Of a stretch of 61,327 bases of DNA, positions 15,430-24,311 are shown one piece after another. Location: assembly GCA_017558715.1 (NCBI GenBank), contig JAFYTT010000299.1, forward strand, positions 1 to 61,327, given 5' to 3'. Position 1 is the stretch's first letter. Each line of letters opens with the position of its first letter. A program made the translations under genes and the position numbers. Origin of the DNA: Clostridia bacterium (GTDB lineage: Bacteria; Bacillota; Clostridia; Oscillospirales; CAG-272). Under the pieces are notes generated by a model, which saw nothing but the letters and a program-made list of their open reading frames with translations, was not told where the DNA came from and did not search any database.

Positions 15430-16031
15430 GAAGAGTCTACCAACACACCCAGGCGAACCGAGGGAAACCATTCGAGGACTTCCTGAAATTCGTCCACCAG
15501 AGATACCAGAGCGCAGGAATCGCCTGCGTCCACAAAGTACCGACGGAATTCATCCCGATACGAAACGCAGCCGGCGCCGTTTGCAACTGCAAAGTCGAAG
15601 AGAAGAGCTGCGTGGACTACCTCGGAAGATACAAGAGCGTCCCGGTCGCCATCGAGGCAAAGCACGAAGAAGGCGCCAGGATCGACTTCAGCCGCGTAGA
15701 ACCCCATCAGGCGGACTACATGGACGACTACACCAAAGACCCCGGAGCGGTCGGCATCGTGATCGTGAGCTTCGGACTGCGCCGCTTCTTTGCGGTACCG
15801 TGGGAATTTTGGAGAGAAGCCAGAGACGCCTGGCAAAAAAAGAAAGACCCCAAAGCGCGAAAATGTGAGCAGCGCACCGTAAAAGCTCACGGCTGGGAAT
15901 GGACTACGCCAGGCATGGCGAGCGCCTCCCCGGACCAATTTCACCCCGCCTGGGAGATAAAGACCGGCGGAGCTTCAGGTCTCCCTTACTTGGAGATCAT
16001 AGAACGCATGAAAGGAGGAGCACCGGAATGA
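15426..16031 (+). CDS. recU: RecU-type Holliday junction resolvase
   Basis: NRGKPFEDFL...GIACVHKVPTEFIPIR...VDYLGRYKSVPVAIEAKHEEG...HQADYM parallels B. subtilis RecU catalytic blocks. Confidence 0.8.
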   Translation: MRRVYQHTQANRGKPFEDFLKFVHQRYQSAGIACVHKVPTEFIPIRNAAGAVCNCKVEEKSCVDYLGRYKSVPVAIEAKHEEGARIDFSRVEPHQADYMDDYTKDPGAVGIVIVSFGLRRFFAVPWEFWREARDAWQKKKDPKARKCEQRTVKAHGWEWTTPGMASASPDQFHPAWEIKTGGASGLPYLEIIERMKGGAPE

Positions 16032-16180
16032 AAATCGCACTTCAGATCGTCCTGATGATATTCATGGTCTTATACCTCGGCGGCGGAATCGGCGCCAGAA
16101 AGACCGAAGAGCGCATCTTCAACCTCGTGGCAGCAGGACTGCTCATAGCCGCGCTTATTGCAACCATCGCCGTGCTTTGA
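16028..16180 (+). CDS. Small two-TM membrane protein (50 aa)
   Basis: ATG 16028 overlaps the recU stop. Two hydrophobic helices. Confidence 0.45.
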   Translation: MKIALQIVLMIFMVLYLGGGIGARKTEERIFNLVAAGLLIAALIATIAVL

Positions 16181-16194
16181 AAGGAGGAACCCCA

Positions 16195-16464
16195 ATGGCA
16201 GAACCAAGAGAAGACAAAGTGGTGCGAGCATTCGATCGGGCGAGGCTTGCAAAACAAACCAAGATGCCTCTGATAGTGGTTTACAATAACCCGGAGGACT
16301 ACCCGGACAAATACGTCGCCAGAGTATGGGACGTCAACAGACCCACCGCCCTCGTGGCGGTAGCCGACACGCTGGAGGAAATCAGAGAAGCGATCCCCCA
16401 GGATATGTACAACATCGGACGGACACCGCAGGACGACCCCTGCATCGTGGAAGTCTGGCTTTAA
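16195..16464 (+). CDS. Hypothetical protein (89 aa)
   Basis: ATG 16195 preceded by aaaggaggaa. Confidence 0.55.
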   Translation: MAEPREDKVVRAFDRARLAKQTKMPLIVVYNNPEDYPDKYVARVWDVNRPTALVAVADTLEEIREAIPQDMYNIGRTPQDDPCIVEVWL

Positions 16465-16489
16465 TAATTCAATTACGGAGGTATGAACC

Positions 16490-16705
16490 ATGAAGAATCA
16501 GAACAAAAGAAAGACCAGAACCGCCAGCATCATCAAGCGCATCAAAGCGAAGCTCCGTGCCCTCGGAGGCAAGACCGCAGGCAAGCCGACCGGCTTCTAC
16601 CCTCGCAAGCTCGCTCGCAGCGTAGCGAAGGCGAATATGAGAAGAGCTGGAGTGCAGCACATCAACCGCAACTTCGCCTACAACTGGCGCAACTGGGTGA
16701 GATAA
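16490..16705 (+). CDS. Small highly basic protein (71 aa)
   Basis: RBS acggaggt. Lys/Arg-rich throughout. Confidence 0.5.
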   Translation: MKNQNKRKTRTASIIKRIKAKLRALGGKTAGKPTGFYPRKLARSVAKANMRRAGVQHINRNFAYNWRNWVR

Positions 16706-16715
16706 GGAGGACGCC

Positions 16716-18080
16716 ATGAAAGCATTTATAACCGCCGAGCAGGCGATCGCCATCCTTCCCGAAGGAGAAACCGTCCACACCTTCTACAACGGACCGCTGA
16801 TGCTCGTAGGAGCCGACTGGCAACGTTCAGAGGTCGAGGATAAAATCAAAAAGAGCGACTTCAGAGAGCTGACCGGACCCGGCGCCAAAGGAATGCACCA
16901 CGGTCTCTGCGTTTACAACGAAGGAGCCACCCAGGGCGACATCCTCTTCATCGAGACCGACGACGCGAAGCTGGAGACTCTGGAAGCGCAGCTCACAGCA
17001 GAAAAACCGCAGAACAAACCGTGCGGCCGCTTATTCAGCACCGAGCAGGTCAGCAAATACCACCCGGACAAATACGCAGACCAGATCAGCGACGCCGTCC
17101 TGGACGCGTGCCTTCGCAGAGACAAGAATAGCCGCGTAGCCTGCGAGACTATGGTCAAGGGCAACACGGTAATCCTTGCCGGCGAAATCACGACCAGAGC
17201 CGAGATAAACTACGCCGAAATCGTAACCGGCGTAGCCAAGAAGCTCGGCTACCAGGTAGACAACATCCTGACCTACATACAGACCCAGTCCCCGGAGATA
17301 GCCGGAGGCGTCGGCAGCGGCGTCGACCTCGGCGCCGGCGACCAGGGAATGATGTACGGATACGCCTGCAGAGAGACCGAGAGCCTTCTTCCCTTCGGTT
17401 TCGACCTTGCCAACAGAATCATCGCCGCCATTGAGAAGGATGTGGAGACCAACCCCGACACCGTATTCAAAGGCGACGCCAAGTGCCAGGTAACCGTTGA
17501 CCTCGACGAAAAGCCGACGATGGACAGCGTGAAGAAGATCCTGGTGAGCGCCTGCCATGTGGAAGACACCACGCTCGAAGCGGTGCAGCATTCCATTCAC
17601 GAAATCCTCTGGGACTGCGGCGTGGACACCAAGAAGGTCGAAGTCATCGCAAACCCTGCAGGAACGTGGACGATCGGCGGACCCGCTGCAGACTGCGGAC
17701 TCACCGGCAGAAAGATCGTCTGCGACCAATACGGCGGATACTGCCCGGTCGGAGGCGGTGCCTTCTCCGGAAAAGACCCCTCGAAGGTTGACCGCAGCGG
17801 CGCCTACATGGCACGAAAGATCGCCTGCGACCTCCTTCAGCAATTCGAGGGCATCGAGTGGGCGGAGGTTCAGATCGCATACGCCATCGGACAGAGCAAG
17901 CCCATGAGCGTCAACGTCAAGACCAACGACCCCGGCATCTTCGACCGCGAAGCGGCGAAATGGATCACAGAAAACTACGACCTCACGCCTGCAGGAATCA
18001 TCACCACGCTGAACCTTCTCAACGAGAACTACGAGAAGCTGTCGGAAGGCTGCCACTTCAGATACGGAGGCTGGGTATGA
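16716..18080 (+). CDS. metK: S-adenosylmethionine synthetase (MetK) fused to an N-terminal domain of about 100 aa with unknown function
   Basis: HPDKYADQISDAVLDA, GAGDQGMMYGYA, CGLTGRKI and GGGAFSGKDPSKVDRSGAY are collinear with E. coli MetK from residue ~105 on. Residues 1-100 show no MetK similarity. Confidence 0.9.
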   Translation: MKAFITAEQAIAILPEGETVHTFYNGPLMLVGADWQRSEVEDKIKKSDFRELTGPGAKGMHHGLCVYNEGATQGDILFIETDDAKLETLEAQLTAEKPQNKPCGRLFSTEQVSKYHPDKYADQISDAVLDACLRRDKNSRVACETMVKGNTVILAGEITTRAEINYAEIVTGVAKKLGYQVDNILTYIQTQSPEIAGGVGSGVDLGAGDQGMMYGYACRETESLLPFGFDLANRIIAAIEKDVETNPDTVFKGDAKCQVTVDLDEKPTMDSVKKILVSACHVEDTTLEAVQHSIHEILWDCGVDTKKVEVIANPAGTWTIGGPAADCGLTGRKIVCDQYGGYCPVGGGAFSGKDPSKVDRSGAYMARKIACDLLQQFEGIEWAEVQIAYAIGQSKPMSVNVKTNDPGIFDREAAKWITENYDLTPAGIITTLNLLNENYEKLSEGCHFRYGGWV

Positions 18081-18436
18081 CCGGCAATGCGCTGACCTAC
18101 AGCCAGCGCATCCACAAAGAATACTGCGAGCAACACCCGGACTACTTCGCCTGCGGAGAGCGCAGCGTCCCCGGACTGGTGGAAAAAGCCAAGAAGGAGG
18201 CGGAGCAGATCCTGAAGGAATTCGCAATGTTCTACAGAGGAGACATCGGCATCACAATCGAGCCGAAATTTCACGACTTATGCTGGAGCATAACGGCTAC
18301 GCTTACCGTCAACGGAGAGCCGGTCAGAACCGAAGACCCCTGCGACCTTCTATTTTTACACCTGAACGAGCTCATGCTCAACAGAATGATCCAGCTCGGA
18401 ATCCCTCAACGCGGGAGGGCGATGGAGAATGGCTAA
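18077..18436 (+). CDS. Hypothetical protein (119 aa)
   Basis: ATGA overlap with the metK stop. In frame with track ORF 17858..18436. Confidence 0.55.
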   Translation: MTGNALTYSQRIHKEYCEQHPDYFACGERSVPGLVEKAKKEAEQILKEFAMFYRGDIGITIEPKFHDLCWSITATLTVNGEPVRTEDPCDLLFLHLNELMLNRMIQLGIPQRGRAMENG

Positions 18437-19115
18437 AACAGAACTAACCAAAGCGATCGAGGAAGCCATTCTCAACTGGCACCCAGCGGAGATAGGCGGC
18501 ATCAAAATAAACAAATTCAGGGGCGAGCACACGGCGCTGGAGGTTCCCGCAGAATGCGGGACCACAGCCGCCGGCATAGTGGACGCCGTCCGGATTTCCG
18601 AATACTTCGGAGACATTGAGCTGACGCACGTCTGCCGCCCGGCGTTCTGGCGCAAGGAAGGCATCAGAGCCACCATCGAATGCCCGAAGGGCAAAGACAT
18701 GACCGGCAAGCTCGAAGAGGAATGCGACCAGGCGACCTGCAGGTGGAACGGACTCAAGAAGCGAGGCGCCCCGAAGATCCTGCTGACGTGCTTCGAGATA
18801 AAGGTAACGAAGAGCGACTTCAAGAGCCAGCACGGCCACAACTTCATCGGAAACCAGAACTACTACGTCGTGCCGAGCGAATTATACCCGGAGATCGAGA
18901 GCATGGTGCCCGAAGGCGTGGGCGTCCTGGTTTACCTTCACAAAGGGATGTACGTCGGACTCCGAACCAAGCGTCGCGCCGAATTCAGACCAATGACCGA
19001 CGAAGACCAGAAATGGCTCCTCCTTTCCGTCCTGAAGAGGATCCGCGACATGGACTACAAGAAATACCACGAATGGATGCAAAGAGCCTCCAAACCAACG
19101 GAATGGGGACCGTAA
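18429..19115 (+). CDS. Putative PD-(D/E)xK nuclease-fold protein (MmcB-like, tentative)
   Basis: IVDAV...CFEIKVTKSDFKS...GHNFIGNQNYYVVP resembles a D...E-x-K core. The assignment is tentative. Confidence 0.35.
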   Translation: MAKTELTKAIEEAILNWHPAEIGGIKINKFRGEHTALEVPAECGTTAAGIVDAVRISEYFGDIELTHVCRPAFWRKEGIRATIECPKGKDMTGKLEEECDQATCRWNGLKKRGAPKILLTCFEIKVTKSDFKSQHGHNFIGNQNYYVVPSELYPEIESMVPEGVGVLVYLHKGMYVGLRTKRRAEFRPMTDEDQKWLLLSVLKRIRDMDYKKYHEWMQRASKPTEWGP

Positions 19116-19160
19116 CGTGCATAAAACCCCGAAATATGATCGTTAGAGGAGGAACCCGCA

Positions 19161-20174
19161 ATGATGAAAAAGACCAAAATCGACTGGTGCGACTTCACAT
19201 GGAACCCAGTCACCGGCTGCCGACACACGTGCGAATATTGCTACGCACGAAGGCTCGCGCAGCGCTTCTGCGGAGACGTCAGACTGAACAAGTCCAGCGA
19301 CCGGCTGCAGCTTGACGCACCCAGAGGCATATACACCCTGAAAGAACCGTTCCTGAACGAGGACGGCACCCTCACAACACACTACCCGGCAGGCTTCGAG
19401 CCTACGCTTCACGAATACCGCCTGGACATGGTCGCACAGAAGAAAAAGCCGGCGAACATATTCGTCTGCAGCATGGCTGACCTTTTCGGAGAATGGGTAC
19501 CCACCGAATGGATCACCCGCGTATTTGACGCCTGCAAGGCGGCGCCCTGGCACAATTACCTCTTCCTGACAAAGAACCCGCAGCGATACTGCGAACTCGC
19601 AAACGCCGGAATCCTTCCAAAGGAGAAGAACTTCTGGTACGGTACCAGCGTAACCACCAAAGGGGCGCCATTCTTCAATGGCAGCGTAACCTATAACGCT
19701 TTCTTGAGCATCGAACCCCTTCATGGACACCTCGAAGCTGGCATCGGCAGCTTCGGAGGGGTACGGTGGATAATCGTCGGCGCCGAAACCGGAAACCGCC
19801 GCGACAAGATAAAGCCACAGCGCGAATGGATCGAGAACATCATCGAGACCGCAGCGCTCACCCACGCGGCCGTGCTTCTGAAAGACAGCGCAGAGATGCG
19901 CGAGGTCTGGGGAGACGACCTGCGCCAGGAATTCCCTCCGGAGCTTCAGCGCCCGGCGGAAAGACCTCTCCCCAGATGCGAGAAGTGCCGCTTCTGCGAG
20001 ACGAAGATCCAGGGCAAGCGCGGAAAGACCCGCACGTGCGAAATCGGATGGAGCGCTGACCCGGCATACGACGATCGACACGAACCCAGACACATCCCGG
20101 CACACTACGCAAAGCAATCGCCCCTCTGGTGCCCCTTGCGAAAGGAGGACTGCCCGTATGAAGCCGAAGATTGA
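19161..20174 (+). CDS. DUF5131 (phage Gp37/Gp68) family protein with CX3CX2C motif and Cys-rich C-terminal extension
   Basis: IDWCDFTWNPVTGCRHTCEYCYA matches the family N-terminus. The CX3CX2C triad is visible. Extra C-terminal CEKCRFC...C...C. Confidence 0.65.
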   Translation: MMKKTKIDWCDFTWNPVTGCRHTCEYCYARRLAQRFCGDVRLNKSSDRLQLDAPRGIYTLKEPFLNEDGTLTTHYPAGFEPTLHEYRLDMVAQKKKPANIFVCSMADLFGEWVPTEWITRVFDACKAAPWHNYLFLTKNPQRYCELANAGILPKEKNFWYGTSVTTKGAPFFNGSVTYNAFLSIEPLHGHLEAGIGSFGGVRWIIVGAETGNRRDKIKPQREWIENIIETAALTHAAVLLKDSAEMREVWGDDLRQEFPPELQRPAERPLPRCEKCRFCETKIQGKRGKTRTCEIGWSADPAYDDRHEPRHIPAHYAKQSPLWCPLRKEDCPYEAED

Positions 20175-20643
20175 ATTCTGCGGTAACTGCGGAATCGGAG
20201 CGCTGAACCACCGAACCGCACCCGGCGCCTGCGATTATTTCTCCCCAGGAACCAAAAGGAGATGCAACAGCTGGACGGCAGCGCGTATCACCAACCGAGA
20301 GCGCGTCGTTTACATCTGCAGTCCCCTGCGAGGAGACATCGAGGGCAACCTGCGGCGAGCAGCGGCATACAGCCGCGCCGCCGTGGAATCCGGCGCAGTA
20401 CCAATGACCCCGCACCTTTTCTACGCCTCATTCCTGGACGACACCAAAAAAGCCGACCGCATCGTCGGAATGGCGATGGGAATCGAGATGCTGAAGAGAT
20501 GCGACGAACTGTGGGTATTCGGAAAACCCACCGAAGGAATGGCTGCGGAAATAACCGAAGCCGAACACCTTCAGATACCAATCATCTACGTGCCGGAAGA
20601 TACCGTGCGCGAACTCAACGAAAGGAGCAACAGCAATGGCTGA
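20158..20643 (+). CDS. DUF4406 / nucleoside 2-deoxyribosyltransferase-like protein with N-terminal Cys cluster (tentative)
   Basis: VVYICSPLRGD...ELWVFG...GMAAEI..A resembles the Rossmann-like NDT/DUF4406 layout. N-terminal CGNC...C...C. Confidence 0.35.
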   Translation: MKPKIEFCGNCGIGALNHRTAPGACDYFSPGTKRRCNSWTAARITNRERVVYICSPLRGDIEGNLRRAAAYSRAAVESGAVPMTPHLFYASFLDDTKKADRIVGMAMGIEMLKRCDELWVFGKPTEGMAAEITEAEHLQIPIIYVPEDTVRELNERSNSNG

Positions 20644-21061
20644 TATAAACGTAAATATTTACACCGGAAGAATCGGAACCGATATCGAACTGAAAATGAC
20701 CGCAGGTGCCAACCCGGTAGCGGTCGCAACTTTCCCTCTGGCGGTAGAGAGACCAAAGGCGAAGGACGCGGAGCACGGAGAGACCGACTGGCTCGACATG
20801 GTAGCCTGGAGAGGCACCGCAGAATTCTGCAGCAAATATCTCGGAAAGGGACGCAAGGTAACCGTCCAGGCGGTCACCCGGACCCGCACCTGGGAAGAAA
20901 AGGACACCGGGAAGAAGCGCAAAGCCGTAGAATTCCACATCACCGAGATCAAACCAGCTGACGCCAAGCCGCAGAGCAACGACGCCGGCGCGTTCCAGGG
21001 ATACACCGCCCCGCCTGAAGACTTCACCGACCTCGGAAACGATGAAGACCTGCCATTCTAA
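20636..21061 (+). CDS. ssb: Single-stranded DNA-binding protein
   Basis: OB-fold pattern (NIYTGRIGTDIELK...WLDMVAWRGTAEF...GRKVTVQ) and an acidic C-terminal tip DEDLPF. Confidence 0.9.
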   Translation: MADINVNIYTGRIGTDIELKMTAGANPVAVATFPLAVERPKAKDAEHGETDWLDMVAWRGTAEFCSKYLGKGRKVTVQAVTRTRTWEEKDTGKKRKAVEFHITEIKPADAKPQSNDAGAFQGYTAPPEDFTDLGNDEDLPF

Positions 21062-21076
21062 AGGAGGATGAACCAG

Positions 21077-21274
21077 ATGGAAATCAGAGAAGTAACCAAC
21101 GAAGAGGTCGCGAAGATCATCGTTGACCGCGAGCCGAGAGGCTTATTCTACCAGAAAGACGGCGACGTTTACGTCGGCATTGATAACACCACCGGAGAGG
21201 CATGGACTGAAGACTTCCCGAACCTTGACGAATGCCTCGCATGGTTGAAAGGAGGACAGCGCAATGGACAGTAA
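21077..21274 (+). CDS. Hypothetical protein (65 aa)
   Basis: ATG 21077 lies 9 nt after GGAGG. The track start 21068 abuts the SD. Confidence 0.5.
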   Translation: MEIREVTNEEVAKIIVDREPRGLFYQKDGDVYVGIDNTTGEAWTEDFPNLDECLAWLKGGQRNGQ

Positions 21275-21863
21275 ATCGAGCATGGGAGTCGTAGCAGCAG
21301 GCTATGCGGCGGTCGGGGCGAGGGTGCTGGAAGTCGCCACCGCTCGCGGAATCGAAATCGGCATCAGAGCGGCGATGGACTACCTGGCAGAGGAAAAGGA
21401 AAAGGCAAGGAAGAGCCGATACGACCGCAGACTCCGCAACACCAGACTGCTCCTGAAGAATTACCGCTCCTTTAAGAGACACGCCCAGGGCGCCATTTTT
21501 AACGCCAAGCAGGCAAAGGAGAACGCGATCGACATCCTGGACGGACTGGACGACGGAATGCTCAACGACAACCTCTACGTCGAAGGCATCAAGAAGAGCC
21601 AGCAGCGCACCATCATCATCCTGAACCACGTGGAAGAAATGCTCCGCTACTACCGAATCGCCTGCGAACAGTCAGGCAAGGAAGAAGAAATGCGCCGCTA
21701 CCGCGTCATCATGGCGATGTACATTGACGACGACAAAATGACTGCCCAGGACATAGCGGAAAAAGAGAACATCGAAGGGCGCACCGTTTACAAAGACATC
21801 ACCAACGCCATAAAGCCTTTAAGTGCCTTAATCTTCGGTATTGACAGCATCAAAATCGAATGA
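21264..21863 (+). CDS. Putative late-gene transcriptional regulator (ArpU/RinA/sigma-70 region-4-like)
   Basis: Position immediately upstream of the packaging genes. C-terminal TAQDIAEKENIEGRTVYKDITNAIKPL HTH resembles sigma region 4. Confidence 0.4.
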   Translation: MDSKSSMGVVAAGYAAVGARVLEVATARGIEIGIRAAMDYLAEEKEKARKSRYDRRLRNTRLLLKNYRSFKRHAQGAIFNAKQAKENAIDILDGLDDGMLNDNLYVEGIKKSQQRTIIILNHVEEMLRYYRIACEQSGKEEEMRRYRVIMAMYIDDDKMTAQDIAEKENIEGRTVYKDITNAIKPLSALIFGIDSIKIE

Positions 21864-21874
21864 AACCAGCACCA

Positions 21875-21888
21875 TACAAGCACGGTGC
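21875..21888 (+). promoter_or_regulatory. Intergenic copy of the 14-mer TACAAGCACGGTGC
   Basis: Identical to 4735-4748 and 13/14 identical to 25779-25792. Embedded in the hairpin gcacc-N10-ggtgc. Confidence 0.4.
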
Positions 21889-21951
21889 AAAATGTGGGCA
21901 TTTAATCGGCAAAAGAAAAATGATAAAATGATAGCATGGAGGAATGGACAA

Positions 21952-23601
21952 ATGGCAAAAAAGAAGACCAAGAACACCTTCATCGGGATAGACTACGAGA
22001 CCTCCGCTACACCGAAAGCCACCACGGCTGACGGTGTGCCGGTCTTTTGCGCTCACGACGAACTACTCGCCATCGCAAAAGTTATCCCGAACCCGAAGAA
22101 CCCGAACCAGCACAGCGACGATCAGATCGCCCTGCTGGGCAACATCATCGAGGCAAACGGCTGGAGACAGCCGATAACCATCAGCAAGCGCAGCGGCTTT
22201 ATAGTGAAAGGACACGGACGCCTGGCTTCAGCCATCAAGAAAGGCTGGAAAGAAGTCCCCATCGACTGGCAGGAATACGCCAGCGAGGCGGAGGAATGGG
22301 CAGACCTTATCGCAGACAACCGCCTGGCGGAACTTTCCACGATCGACAACACGAAGCTCATCGACATGATCGCAGACCTGGACACCGGAGAGGTGCCGGT
22401 CGAGCTTACCGGTTATACCGAGGAAGACATCGCCGCCATCATTGCAGCTTGCGAAGGAGCAGACGACACGGTGGACGACAAAGCCGACGCCGTGGCTCCT
22501 GCAGATAACATCCCTATGACCAAAGCAGGCGACCTCTGGTGCCTGGGTCCGCACCGCCTTATTTGCGGCAGCGCAACCGACGAAAAGACCGTCGAGCGAC
22601 TGATGCAGGGCGAGAAGGCGGACATGGTCAACACAGACCCGCCCTACGGCGTGAGCTACGAAAGCCAGAGCGGCAAATTCGACATGATCCAGAACGACGA
22701 CCTCACCGGCGACGATCTGATGAAGACGCTGCTCATTCCGGCATTCAAGAACTACGCCAAATTCACAAAGGACGATGCAGCCTTCTACATCTGGCACGCC
22801 AGCAGCACCCGCCGCGACTTTGAGGACGCGATGACAGCTGCAGGACTTGTCGAGAAGCAGTACATCATCTGGGTGAAGAACGCACCGGTACTCGGACACG
22901 CCGACTACCAATGGGCACACGAACCGTGCTTCTATGCGGAAAAAGCGGGACAAAGCGCACACTTCTACGGAGACAGAGCGCAGAGAACCACCTGGAAGGT
23001 AGTCCTCCGCGACGAAGACGGTACAGCAACCGTGCTCTCCGGAGGTGTAGTCCTTACCGACGGAGCCGGAAACAAGCTCTACCTGGCAGACAAGGTGCCG
23101 AAAGGCAAGAAAATACGGTATATCCGGCTCTCGGAAGGACGGAGCGTCACGCTGTACTCGACGGAGTGCGACCGTTCCACCGACACGTGGGAGGTCTCAC
23201 GTGAGACAAAGACCGAGCACCCCACACAGAAACCCGTGGAGCTCGCAGTCAGAGCCATCGACAACAGCACCGAGGCAGGCAACCTCGTGATCGACTTCTT
23301 CGGAGGATCCGGCAGCACACTACGCGGCGCCGAACTCACCGGAAGACGATGCAACACCATCGAACTCGACCCCAGATACTGCGACGTTATCGTAAACTCC
23401 TACGTCAAGCTCACCGGAAACATCGGTGTAACGTGCGAAAGGGACGGAGAAATCCACCAGTACGTAGAGCTCAAAGAGGAGAACGAAAAAGCCAACGGAA
23501 TCGCGGGGGGGGGGGTACTTGTCAGCCTCTGGAGAGCCGCAAGGCGAACCTTCCGACTGATAGCGAGGACGATCCGCCGCAAACTGAATAAAACCCATTG
23601 A
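21952..23601 (+). CDS. ParB N-terminal (ParB/Srx) domain fused to an N6A/N4C DNA methyltransferase
   Basis: N-terminal IVKGHGRLASAIK ParB-like arginine-patch region. Methylase motifs NTDPPYG (IV), TEHPTQKP and VIDFFGGSGST (I). ATG 21952 lies 8 nt after GGAGGA. Confidence 0.85.
   Translation: MAKKKTKNTFIGIDYETSATPKATTADGVPVFCAHDELLAIAKVIPNPKNPNQHSDDQIALLGNIIEANGWRQPITISKRSGFIVKGHGRLASAIKKGWKEVPIDWQEYASEAEEWADLIADNRLAELSTIDNTKLIDMIADLDTGEVPVELTGYTEEDIAAIIAACEGADDTVDDKADAVAPADNIPMTKAGDLWCLGPHRLICGSATDEKTVERLMQGEKADMVNTDPPYGVSYESQSGKFDMIQNDDLTGDDLMKTLLIPAFKNYAKFTKDDAAFYIWHASSTRRDFEDAMTAAGLVEKQYIIWVKNAPVLGHADYQWAHEPCFYAEKAGQSAHFYGDRAQRTTWKVVLRDEDGTATVLSGGVVLTDGAGNKLYLADKVPKGKKIRYIRLSEGRSVTLYSTECDRSTDTWEVSRETKTEHPTQKPVELAVRAIDNSTEAGNLVIDFFGGSGSTLRGAELTGRRCNTIELDPRYCDVIVNSYVKLTGNIGVTCERDGEIHQYVELKEENEKANGIAGGGVLVSLWRAARRTFRLIARTIRRKLNKTH
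23505..23515 (+). repeat. Homopolymeric G11 tract in the 3' end of the methyltransferase ORF
   Basis: tcgc + 11 consecutive G + tactt, counted directly. Confidence 0.95.
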
Positions 23602-23636
23602 GGGCAGGCTGGAAACGGTCTGCCCTTTCATTTTTG
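23601..23636 (+). terminator. Rho-independent terminator
   Basis: agggcag...ctgccct stem followed by tttcattttt. Confidence 0.7.
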
Positions 23637-23654
23637 TAGAAAGGAGGACGCCAC

Positions 23655-24311
23655 ATGGCAGAGACCAAGAAGACCACCAAGAAGGCACCCGCCAAGACGT
23701 CAACGAAAAAGAAGGAACCGGCGAAGAAGCCGGAACCCGAAATGCCGGAAGACATCTGGGAACAGATCCCCGGCGAGAACGCCGACCAGTATGCAAAATT
23801 CTGCGCTTACAGAGACATGGCATACCAGGACGGCAGAAGGCTCAACAAGCGAAGCCTTCGGAGGCTCGCAACGCAGCTGAACCTCAAGGCGGCACGTCCG
23901 CTGGAATTGCTCTCGGTCAAATTCGACTGGACAGCACGGTGCGAGGCTTACGACAAAGACCTCGACTACCGAGCACGGCAGGCGCAGGAAAGCGCCGTCA
24001 TTAAGATGCGCGAAGACCACGCTCTGCTCGCTTCCCAGATGATAAGGAAAGCCACCAAGCGCCTCCTAACAATGGACGAAAGCCAGATATCCGCCTCCGA
24101 CCTGGTAAGGCTGGCGGACGTCGGTGTCAAAATCGAGAGATTGAGCCGAGGCGAAAGCACCGAGAACCAGAACATCAGCGGCGCCGTTTCCCACAAAGGC
24201 ACCGTCAAGGTGTCGGTGGAGACGCAGCACGACCTCTCCTCGCTCTCCGATGAGGAGCTGAATCAGCTTGAGCAGCTACTGGGAAAGGTACATTCAAAGT
24301 CCGGCGTTTGA
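23655..24311 (+). CDS. terS: Terminase small subunit
   Basis: Position directly upstream of and overlapping terL. Lys-rich N-terminus. RBS aaaggagga. Confidence 0.6.
   Translation: MAETKKTTKKAPAKTSTKKKEPAKKPEPEMPEDIWEQIPGENADQYAKFCAYRDMAYQDGRRLNKRSLRRLATQLNLKAARPLELLSVKFDWTARCEAYDKDLDYRARQAQESAVIKMREDHALLASQMIRKATKRLLTMDESQISASDLVRLADVGVKIERLSRGESTENQNISGAVSHKGTVKVSVETQHDLSSLSDEELNQLEQLLGKVHSKSGV

Noticed and set aside
23194-23207. 14-bp perfect palindrome GTCTCACGTGAGAC inside the methyltransferase gene, as a second parS.
   Set aside because: It matches the parS consensus at only 13/16 positions and encodes the conserved EVSRETK segment next to the HPTQKP motif, so coding constraint may explain it. 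It is worth testing alongside the true parS, but is not claimable from sequence alone.
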